A stretch of 64,000 bases of DNA from Octopus vulgaris (Eukaryota): positions 53,196,001-53,260,000 of the forward strand of contig OX597814.1 of assembly GCA_951406725.2 (NCBI GenBank), given 5' to 3'. A model generated the notes under the pieces. It did not search any database. It was not told the origin of the DNA and saw nothing but the letters and a program-made list of their open reading frames with translations. The position numbers were made by a program, and so were the translations under genes. Below, piece by piece: positions 42,741-53,465 of the stretch (positions are counted from its first letter, which is position 1; every line of letters begins with the position of its first letter).

Positions 42741-42780
42741 ACACACGGACTCGGGTTTCTGAATGGTTACTCGTCCTCAG
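42741..42780 (-). ncRNA. Hammerhead ribozyme copy 2 (stem I 5' arm deleted)
   Basis: CUGAGGA-CGAGUAACCAUUCA-GAAA-CCCGAG-UC-CGUGUGU; a 17-nt deletion between CAGC microhomologies removes the ACACACG arm. Confidence 0.65.
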
Positions 42781-42880
42781 CTAGTGATGAAAACTCACTT
42801 CACTCGCAAAATACTATATACTGGCAAAAGCACACAGTATTTTGCAACTGGAGTGAGTTTTCATCACTAGCTGGTGATTA

Positions 42881-42927
42881 ACACACGCTGAGGACGGGTA
42901 ACCACCCAGAAACTCGAGTCCGTATGT
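42881..42927 (+). ncRNA. Hammerhead ribozyme copy 3 (near intact)
   Basis: ACACACG-CUGAGGA-CGGGUAACCACCCA-GAAA-CUCGAG-UC-CGUAUGU; one mismatch in stem I and one at the base of stem II. Confidence 0.8.
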
Positions 42928-43549
42928 ATCATGTAAGGCTAGGGATGGGAGCGTTGATCTCCCATCGCAAATACTAATCAGACATAGAATGTGTGTCGTT
43001 AGCCAGTTGGAAGACATGTCTTCCTGGGGCTATAAACATCAGTAGCACTGTCCCGTATAGGGCGCTACAATTGGTTGGCAATTATATGTTACGATTCTGT
43101 ATCGCTACTACTTATATCTCGCTCATAGATTCAGTATAGCTTATTTCTCCTTTAGTACTCATGTAGTACCCTTGTGTATATATATGTACACATCTAACAG
43201 TGTATGTATATATTTTATTAATTTGTCTGTACGTCTGATAATTCGCTTAATACTTGTGATAGTATTTTAATATCATCCCTATATATAATATCGTTTCTAT
43301 GTGTGCTTTTGGCATGGTTTTAGAATTATTTTATTTGTTACCAAAGATTTTCCGCCTGCTTATGTTCTTATTTATTATGCTAAAGCAGTAGTTAATAATT
43401 GTGAGGGCTTGTGTATTTACACCAATTATAGTTTTCTAGATAATGATTGTTTTTTAATATCAGTCTGACACATGCTGTACTCATTTTCTGTGTCGTTGTT
43501 TACGTCATGAAAGGGCCATAAAAATCACAACATCAATAATTTCATTTAC

Positions 43550-43729
43550 CTCCTGTCTCTCACAGTTTCTCTCCAGACTAGCAATAGCGCCGTACGTGTT
43601 ACAAGAATGTTGTATGCATTCATCACTGATTCCAAGCAGCCGACCGCACGATCCTTGAGCTCCGTCGCACACTATCACTACAATTCGACCATCCGTTTCT
43701 TCTGCTTCTTTCACATGACTTCTCGAAAA
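43550..43729 (-). CDS. Internal exon (180 bp, phase 0/0) of the FAD-dependent monooxygenase-like gene; contains the DG motif
   Basis: ttattttgcAG acceptor, GAG|GTAAAT donor; FSRSHVKE...IVVIVCDGAQGSCGRLLGI...RQE. Confidence 0.85.
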
Positions 43730-43894
43730 CTGCAAAATAAACAAAATAAATAAATAAATCAACGAATAAATAAATAAATAAATAAATAAATGTAGACGTG
43801 CTTATACTTTATCGTATTACGAGTGGTTTAGAAAATTGAAGAATATAGAGATCACTGAAGGAACTGTGTATTGCTGCCGCCCCAATATCAATTC

Positions 43895-44048
43895 CTGGTG
43901 ATTAACACACGCTGAGGACGGGTAACCACTCGGAAACTCGAGTCCGTGTGTATCATGTAAGGATGGGAGCGTTGATCTCCCATCGCAAATACTAATCGGA
44001 CATAGAATGTGTGTCGTTAGCCAGTTGGAAGACATGTCTTCCTGGGGC

Positions 44049-44052
<4 letters not shown>
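43895..44052 (+). repeat. Partial fourth hammerhead-containing unit
   Basis: Near-identical to 42871-43032. Confidence 0.9.
43905..43951 (+). ncRNA. Hammerhead ribozyme copy 4 (intact type I)
   Basis: Stem I ACACACG/CGUGUGU, CUGAGGA, stem II CGGGU-AACC-ACUCG, GAA, palindromic stem III ACUCGAGU, GUC triplet with predicted cleavage after 43944. Confidence 0.88.
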
Positions 44053-44109
<57 letters not shown>

Positions 44110-44648
44110 ATTTGTATGTTTTGCTTTATGTATGTACTCTTATACATATAGTTGCATATCTAGACATGTTGATATATACTTAAATGATAAATTTCTGGAA
44201 AGTTTTACAGATTTTTATAGTTCCACTGATGGATTGGCTCTTTAGTCTTTGAATTAGCTTGCTCTTTTCTGATTTTGAAAGCCTAATTTCTCAAGATTGC
44301 TATTTAAGCAGTGTGTTACATATCCCAAGACCTCAATAATTACAGGTATAAATCGGACCTTGTAATCTGAATAAAGTAATATGTATGTATGTATGCATGT
44401 ACGTATGCATACATTTATATATACATGAGTGTGAACGTGTCTGTGTGTGTTGTGTGTGAGTGTGTGTCTGTGTGTGTGGTGTATGTGTAAATAGTATGAA
44501 ATTTAAAAACGAATAATAAATATTCTGATTACATTAGACATTTTGATTTTTCATTAGAATTATCTTTGAACACGTGGTGGAGCGGTTACAGATTACGCAG
44601 TCATCTCGATCTGTTAGGATAAGCAGCTGCAGCCAGTGAACATTCCCA

Positions 44649-44679
<31 letters not shown>

Positions 44680-44744
44680 TATGTACATATATACATACAT
44701 GTATATATGTATATATGTGTATATATATGTATATATATACATAT

Positions 44745-44839
<95 letters not shown>

Positions 44840-45248
44840 TGCATATATCAGTGACTGATTAAACATAAAGTACCTATCTGTAATATGCATTATTGGTATT
44901 ATTGATTTATTAACTTTTTGGGGTTAAAATGATTGTATTTAACAGTTCACTTACTACAGACTACATTGCACCCAAACCTGATGGCTGTAACAATATCAAT
45001 ACATATCAATAATCAATACACATACATTAGTACATGACTCCATGACTCATACGTATATATATATATAATTAATATAAACAGCAGTTTGCAATGTTTCACC
45101 AAACAGAAACATAATTGTCACTAAATGTGACTAATGTGTTGGAAATACCTATGTTGCTAGAAATAAGAGCAAAGCCGCTCTGATGTTGTTGGTAATGCAC
45201 ATGATTGAAAACATATACACTGACAGGGACCGACCAATAATTTTTAAT

Positions 45249-45290
45249 ACTGACGGCTGTTTCGGCAATTTCCGTCGCCTCGTCAGTTAA
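45249..45290 (-). ncRNA. Hammerhead-like motif (core intact, stem I poor)
   Basis: CUGACGA-GGCGA-CGGAAA-UUGCC-GAAA-CAGCCG-UC. Confidence 0.55.
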
Positions 45291-45564
45291 GCCCGCTCGA
45301 TTGTTCGGCTCTTTTGGCACTCGCTTCGCCATAGATATCTATGTTTTCGTCATCCAAATTATTGGATTATTTAGCGATTCGTTAATGTGCATATATAAAA
45401 TTAATGTAAACAGCAGAACTACAAAATTAGAGCGGTTTAGATTTTTATTCTAGCAATGTAGGTGTTTCCGAACACCATAGTCACATTTAGAGACAAACGC
45501 AAACGCGTTTTACGCGCGCGCACACACACACACACATACACACACACACACACACATGCAAACT

Positions 45565-45729
45565 GCGCAGGAGTGGCTGTGTGGTAAGTAGCTTGCTAAC
45601 CAACCACATGGTTCCGGGTTCAGTCCCACTGCGTGGCATCTTGGGCAAGTGTCTTCTGCTATAGCCCCGGGCCGACCAATGCCTTGTGAGTGGATTTGGT
45701 AGACGGAAACTGAAAGAAGCCTGTCGTAT

Positions 45730-45761
<32 letters not shown>

Positions 45762-45950
45762 GTTTGTGTGTCTGTGTTTGTCCCTCTAGCATCGCTTGAC
45801 AACTTAGCGGTTCGGCAAAAGAGACCGATAGAATAAGTACTGGGCTTACAAAGAATAAGTCCCGGGGTCGATTTGCTCGACTAAAGGCGGTGCTCCAGCA
45901 TGGCCGCAGTCAAATGACTGAAACAAGTAAAAGAGTAAAAGAGAGAGTAA
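45565..45950 (+). mobile_element. Near full-length tRNA-derived SINE family A
   Basis: A box TGGCTGTGTGG, B box GGGTTCAGTCC, internal microsatellite, LINE-type tail ending in GTAAAAGA repeats. Confidence 0.88.
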
Positions 45951-46267
45951 ACTTATGTAGTTACACATATATACAAGTTGTAATAATGCGCAGTGGATGC
46001 ATTTTCAATTTTATAGTACGCAGTCCTAACTAATACATATTAAATGATTTCAAAACACCACTCTTTGGTTTGACTTCCTTATACGGTATGATATTAATAG
46101 AATCTAATGATCCCAACTCCACTTAGACAGTTATTCTAACCAGGATTCGGAGTAGTTTGTTATGTTTAACTCGAATAGAAAATTATGGTAGCGTTCATTG
46201 CTTCTTAGGGTTAGACGAAATAACACACGCACGTACATACACACACATGCATATATATATATATGCG

Positions 46268-46311
<44 letters not shown>

Positions 46312-47501
46312 TATGTACATATATATATCTACATACATGTACAACACAAGAGAGACAAAGTTTAGCAAATATGTTGTTAATTTAGCGCTGTAACGGAAAG
46401 AAACAGTTTATTGGGGTTTCGGATGTTAATCCTTTATCAGAAGAAAAGGAAAAGCATAGAGGGGTTAAAAAGAAGAATAGTCACACATGGATATAACTCC
46501 GTATACACATTTAATACATTAAATTTATTCCTTGCAAACGATGCATACTCTCAGGCCAACGTAACGCAACGATAATAACTCACCTCCCTTCACATTACAT
46601 GTCAAATATCTAGCTACGGTATTAACATAGTAATCCAAATACTTGTCGAGATTCGATATGATTAACGGGTTTCACATTTAGGATAACATACATAGATACA
46701 TACATGCTTACATACATAGCATATGCACTCCAACGAGAACAAAAAAACTGTTCCAGTATATTTGGAAGTTGAGAAAAGGATTGAGGATAGACGGAATAAT
46801 TATTAATAACGGAGTCTTCAATAGAGACAGTTCTTTCTTTACTAATAGGGAAGGGTCTGTAAAGTAGGCCAGGTTTTAATTTTAGCTGTGGCAAATCTTT
46901 ATTATCTATTGTAAAGTATTCTATGCATTCATTTTGTTATTACAATAAAAAATAATTCTTTTTTGTTGCTATATAAAAACTCATATAAATCATTAGTGAA
47001 TGAACTCCGAACTCATAAAGACGTGTGTACATGTCTCCTCTAATGTCGATTATTGTGTTTAACGAAGTGGAATAGCTTTCAATTTTAAGTGGAGTATTAC
47101 ACATTCACTTTGTTCTACATTTGCGCTTCGTCTGAGTTACAATACCAACAGTAATTTGTAAAGCACACTACCAGAAATGTGACACAAACAGCTCTATCAA
47201 TTTTTTTAAATATCTTGTTGTATTACAATTAGACGTCTTGCTAAGTTATATAATGTCTCATCATTTATGCTGTGCAAGTGGAATAATGGAACAAGCCATA
47301 ATTCAGACATTGAAATGCCAGTGATTCTTTAAATAAAATTATCTACTACAAATCAGTGCTTCTTTCTGTTGCTGTTATTTTCTTTTAAATTTCTAGTTTG
47401 CTTTAGTTTTATATTCATTTATTCAAGTGTAAAAAACGTTAATTTGTAGATATCCACGAAAACTAATTTGCGAGACATGGTATGATTTATACATACATAC
47501 A

Positions 47502-47537
<36 letters not shown>

Positions 47538-47638
47538 CATACATAGATACATATACATATATACACTAATTGAGTACATAATTTTATGAGTATAATTATA
47601 AAACTATATTAAGGGCAACTAGCAAGTATTTCTACAGG

Positions 47639-47696
<58 letters not shown>

Positions 47697-48769
47697 TAGT
47701 ATGAGTATAGACAGGTACAGATAAGAATACCCTATCGTCCTGGTCTTCCAATGGTATTTTACCCCATACTCCTACTAGTTATACTATACATAAACCTAGC
47801 TCATGCATTAGGGATAAAAACCATTCCCTTAATGGATTTTTAAAAAAATACACGCATGACTAGCTAATCATATACACCAGCACTTAGCAATAAAATTGCG
47901 CCCTACAAATTGAGCAGAGTAATAACAATATGGAACACTATCCAGTGTATTAAATTATGAATTTATAAATATAAACCTTTATGTACATTTGGATAATTAA
48001 GTATAATATAGTGTAATTTATTAAAACTAAACTGCTTTCAACATAAAAGATACAGACGTTGTTTGCTTATTGAACTCATTTGATTTTGTATTTCATATTG
48101 TTTACTGTTGGTGATGTTCTGTACCCGTATATGCATATGTATATATATATATATATACCATGCACGCAGGTCTGTGTGTGTGTAATGATAGCACGTGTGT
48201 CTTTGTGTGTGTGTGTGTGTGTGTTGGGCTTAGTATCGTTTAAGGTCATAGGAAAAATTTATAGTAGGAGTGGCTCCTGTTGTGTGTCTACCTACACATG
48301 TGCGTAGGAGAATGGTCAGTGAAAGGTACTGGTGGTTTGAAGTATGTGTGTGTGCGTATATTATGTGCGTATGTATGTGCGTGTGTATATGTGCGCATAA
48401 ATTCATCTGATCCCAAAACATACCACTACAAGCGAAAGCGTCTGTTAGAAGAGGATCAGAGAAACTGTAAACCAAATTCCCTTTTTTTACTATTTTCATT
48501 TAACACTTGTATTTTTTTCAGTATGACTTGTCGACCACCACTAAAATTAATGAACTTTGTACATTCAAACAAATTGATATACAGTTTTAATTTTATGGAC
48601 GGCTATGAACATTCAAACTTACACCTTCTGTTTTGATTATGTTAATTTTTCAACATTGAAACATTCTAATTTGTTAACATTGAAACTTTTAAAGATGTTT
48701 TTCTAATTTTAAACTTTTATCATTGATAAAAAATATTGTTGAAACTAGTTTTATTCCCTTATTATTCTC

Positions 48770-49805
48770 TTATATGTTTCAGTCCAATGACTGTGGCCAT
48801 GCTGGAGCACCGCCATTGTAATCATCTTTCCACTTTCCACCTTTCTCAGAGCGGCTTCTAGTGAAGAATGGAGTTCGATGCTACTGCCCTCTTTTGAGTT
48901 TCTTGCTTAGATATTGGCTCATCTGGAATCTCAGCGAGCCAGAGGTCAAGTTCATGTTTGAAAACATCTACATACACTCCATAGAGGCTCCTCAGATGCT
49001 TCGGCAGACAGTTAAACAGCTGTGGGCCCTTGAAACCCAAGCTATTGCAGTACATCGTCCTTGTTCGAGATGAAGCAGTCGGCACAATGGGGACAGCACA
49101 GTGACGTCCTGTTCGTGTTCTGGTATAGCTCTTTATTCCAAAGTTTGGTACCAGTCCTTCCAGTATCTTCCATACATATATATCATTGCATACGTCTCCC
49201 GCCTACGTTCCAGGGAATAGAGTCGCAGCTCTTTCAACCTGTCCCAGTAACTCAATCGTTCCATTGATGCAACTTTCTTTGTGTAATGTCGTTGGACTGC
49301 TTCAAGCTCTGCTATCGTCCTTTTATAGGGCGCCCATAGCTGAGAGCAGTAGTCCAGGCGGCTGAGGATAAATGACTTCCATAGTGTCATCATAGTTTCT
49401 TGGTCCTTTGTGCGGAAGGTTCTCAGAATCCAACCAGCCAGTCTTCTGGATACTAACATTTTGTTGATATGTGTGTGAAATGAGGCATTGTTGTTCATTT
49501 CTATTCCAAGATCACGCACCGTATTTGATTCTGGGATCGTTGTTCCACTTGGTCCAACGTACTGATGTCGTGATTCTTGAGCAGTGCTTAACTGGTAGCG
49601 GAGGGCCTGGAATTTACTTGCATCAAATTGCATTTTGTTATCCTCAGCTCATCTATATCCTTCTGTATGAGCGTAGCATCACAGGTTTCCTTGACTGACT
49701 ATACGACTTTTGTGTCGTCGGCATAGCTGGTAAGCATGACTGCCTTTGTCACTGATGGCATATCCGATAGGTCTACCATGAAAAGCAGTGGCGCCAGCAC
49801 AGTTT
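48770..49805 (-). mobile_element. 5'-truncated CR1/L2-like LINE, related to 38455-39340
   Basis: VLAPLLF, YADDTK, MQFDASKFQALRY, VRDLGI, LSRLDYCSQLWAP, NSLGFKGPQLFN; frameshifts; tail GGCGGTGCTCCAGCATGGCCACAGTCATTGGACTGAAACA. Confidence 0.9.
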
Positions 49806-49896
49806 GGTATATATGTAAATAAATATATATATGTAAATAAATGTATTTTAAACATTTACGAGTTTTTGAAATTTAGGTGCATTTTCAACAACATAT

Positions 49897-49938
<42 letters not shown>

Positions 49939-50280
49939 GAATACATACATTTACACACACACAAACATATATATATATATATATTACATACATATAAGAG
50001 GGAGGGATTACCACTTATATGTATGTAATATATTTTTTCTGAATCTTCCGATTTTAATATGCTAGACCACTGGTTTTAAATTGATATTAATCAAATTAAT
50101 ATTCAATTTTTCACCCTTATTATTTTAAACATATATACACACATACATATATACATACATACATAAATACATACATATGCATATACATATATATGTATAT
50201 ATACATAAATAAATACATATACATGAAAACATACATTCATACATATACATACATACATACATATACATACATACATACAT

Positions 50281-50350
<70 letters not shown>

Positions 50351-50733
50351 AAACAAGTCAGGATAGAAAATGCTAAAATAATTTTATAAAGAACATTTCA
50401 GTACCGGTTTCAGTTATTGAGACTTTTTCAACTGTAACAATTAAATAATTAGATTTAGAAAAATTAAAAGAAAAGTTTTTTTTTAAAGATTATTTGTATA
50501 GTGTTCAGATATAAGTGGCATTTTCCTTGTTTCTGCCTGTCTCTGTCTCTCTTGTTTACTCTTGTGGGTTCAAGGTCGTTGTGAATTCTTGGTAGGGAAG
50601 AAGAATGAGGAGGAGGAGGAGGAGGAGAAGGGGAGGAAGAAGACGAAGAATTTGGGAGTGCCATGATTGTAGTATTTTGAATGGTCAGTGGAGGCTAGCA
50701 GTTGCTGTTTAATTCATGAAAATATTTCTATTG

Positions 50734-50770
<37 letters not shown>

Positions 50771-50883
50771 TACATATATACATACATGTATATATATATA
50801 CATAATATACATGCATGCAAACATATATAGAGTGTACATATGTACATACATACTTGCACACACGCAAATACACACACATATAT

Positions 50884-50887
<4 letters not shown>

Positions 50888-50943
<56 letters not shown>
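50888..50943. repeat. (GA)n microsatellite
   Basis: Direct tandem array. Confidence 0.95.
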
Positions 50944-50946
<3 letters not shown>

Positions 50947-51632
50947 GTTGGTGTTTGAATTCAGAATAACGAACTATCAAAACTAGATACATTTAATCTA
51001 ATGATCCACTGACAAACCCTTCAGCATCCCTTTTATGTTTTAATTATTACATTATGATAGAAACATGTTCCTATGCTTCCTTTCACCCTCACAACTGATG
51101 ACGATTTTCTCCACAAAAGAAATTTCGTAATTACTTTGGAAACATACTGTGAAAGTGGAGTTCTTTTTCTTTTTGATTTTTATCTTTCATCTTACTTCGT
51201 TGATTTCCTTCTATAATTGATAGCAAATTATTTCATTCTGCAAGAGTTTTCACTAATCGAAATCACAACGTTCAATGACACGATGCCAAATAATTAAAAT
51301 TCTAATTTTCAATACAGTGCCCAAACAACAAAAGTAAAAACAAAAAACAAAAACAGACAAACAAACAAAATGAATTACATTTTAATTTAAATGATAATAC
51401 ATTATATTTGTGATTTCAGAATACCAATTCCAGCAAACCTTTATCAAAAATATTCTAGCCATGGTCATCTAGTCTTAGTGTATATAGAACTACTTAGGGT
51501 ATATAAAACTATATTAGCCAACGAGGGAAATTTAACCGCTATTTCTAGGAGGCGGAATGATCAATTAAATACTCTCTTATTGTTCGTATGAGACTAGTTA
51601 ACTCTTTAAAATTCTACAAGATTCCTGATAAG

Positions 51633-53465
51633 TGTTCTGGAAGTATGTGCACTCAAAGCAGAGACCCCACTCTCCAGTTGGTCCCCTTCGCAATCCTCAC
51701 ACAGGACAGATTACTGGCAATCCCGAAGAATGTGCAGAAATCATTGCTGGATGCTATGCCGGCATATTTACTGTCGAAGACCAAAATGTTCCATCTTCAT
51801 CACCGCTGACATCGGACTCTATATCTACTATGCAATTTACACCAGCAATGTTACAACGCCACCTTAAGAATAAACGCAACTATGCCTCTCCTGGTCTCGA
51901 TGGTGTTACATACCTACTTCTCAAACGCGGTGGGTACTTTCTACTAAGCCAACTTTCTCTATTCTTCCAATTCTGTCTGGACAATGGTGTTACTCCAGAA
52001 CTGTTAAAAAAAGGCGACCGCACATCGCCTGTCAACTATCGCCCCGTTAGTCTTACGAGCTGCATCGCCAAACTGATGGAATCCTGTATCAGAGAAACCC
52101 TCTGGAACTTCTGGAAGTCTCACAGCCTCATCCAGCCGTCACAATTTGGATTTATTCCTAACCCCAGCTGCTGTAATCAACTCATCGAGTTTCTTGAGGA
52201 CGTTACCCAAATCACTGATCGCGGATCGTAGGTGGATGTCGTTTACCTGGACTTTGCTAAGGCTTTTAACTCTGTGCCACACAAAAGCTCTCTGCGTTGG
52301 GCGTAAGAGACGAACTCTATAACTGGTTGAAGTCCTTTATTTACGGCCGAAAAGAGGTTGTCACAGTTCTAGGACAGCACTCTTCGCCCTATGAGATGAC
52401 ATCTGGTGTACCACAGGGATCTGTTCTTGGCCCCTTTTATTTGTTGCATATGTTAATGACATAGATGCCAACTTAAAGAATGCCACAGTGCTGAAATATG
52501 CAGATGACATCAAGCTGTACCTCGAAATAAAGAGGTCAGATCCTGTTCACTATAGATCTCTATTGCAAGCAGACCTGGACACAATGCAGCAGTGGATCAT
52601 GGACTGGCAACTCAAGCTGGCTGTGGACAAATGTACCACTATGCATTTTGGGAGGAGAAACCCAGCGTCCACCTACTCCCTCCACAACACTAGTCTCAAA
52701 AAGTCTTCATGTGAACGTGACCTGGGTGTTATTGTCGACAGTGATTTGCATTGGACAAAACACATCGCTAAAATTGTCAAGAAGGCTGAGGGTGTCTTGG
52801 CATCACTCACCAAATCCTTTGTGAGCCGCTCTCCGACTATCTATCTGCGGCTTTATATAGCTATTGTAAGACCTCACCTGGAATTTGCATCACCGGTCTG
52901 GAACCCGTATCATGCCCAGGGTATCAATCGTCTGGAAGCCGTTCAGCGACGTGCAACCAAAAGAATACCCCCCATCAGGCATTTGCCATATTCTGAACGC
53001 CTTACTTCCCTGGGCATGGACACATTGAAACTCCGACGTCTAGCAGCTGACTTGGCAGACACCCATAAAATTATCAACCATCGCACAAACAATAACTCTG
53101 AGCACCTTTTCAGACTACACCCATCTAACACCTGTGGACATATTTACAAAGTCAGAAAGCAGCACAGCTCCCATGACTTTAGGAAACATTTTTTCACGCT
53201 GAGAGTTGCTGAAGCATGGAACAAACTGCCGGCATCAGTTGTTAGTTGTCGGAGCACTGCATCCTTCAAAACTTCCATGCTTTCTGAGATTCGCCAACAC
53301 TACACCTGATTTTCTCCCCTCCATACACACACAAGCATGTACCTGACTCATGCATTGTTCGCTTTCCAGACATTTGTACACTACTGCATGTGCTTTATAT
53401 GCACTGTCTGACAAGTTGTGGTGCACCTGAGCACTGTATACAATAATTTCATTATTATTATTATT
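51633..53465 (+). mobile_element. 5'-truncated CR1-like LINE with RT domain (disrupted)
   Basis: SPGLDG, NYRPVSLTS, QFGF, YLDFAKAF, SGVPQGSVLGP, YADDIK, ERDLGV, RPHLEF; (ATT)n tail; candidate TSD ATAAG at 51628-51632 and 53466-53470. Confidence 0.92.

Larger units (their letters stand above)
42266..43153. repeat. Array of ~357-nt hammerhead-containing units: two direct (42266-42820), one inverted (42821-43153)
   Basis: Colinear units; predicted cleavage positions 42391 and 42748 are 357 nt apart; third unit is the reverse complement. Confidence 0.9.

Noticed and set aside
42266-43153. CRISPR-like array or protein-coding repeats (ORFs 42291, 42681, 42814, 43817)
   Set aside because: Eukaryotic context with no spacer structure; the short ORFs differ in start and stop between copies, and the hammerhead explains the conservation
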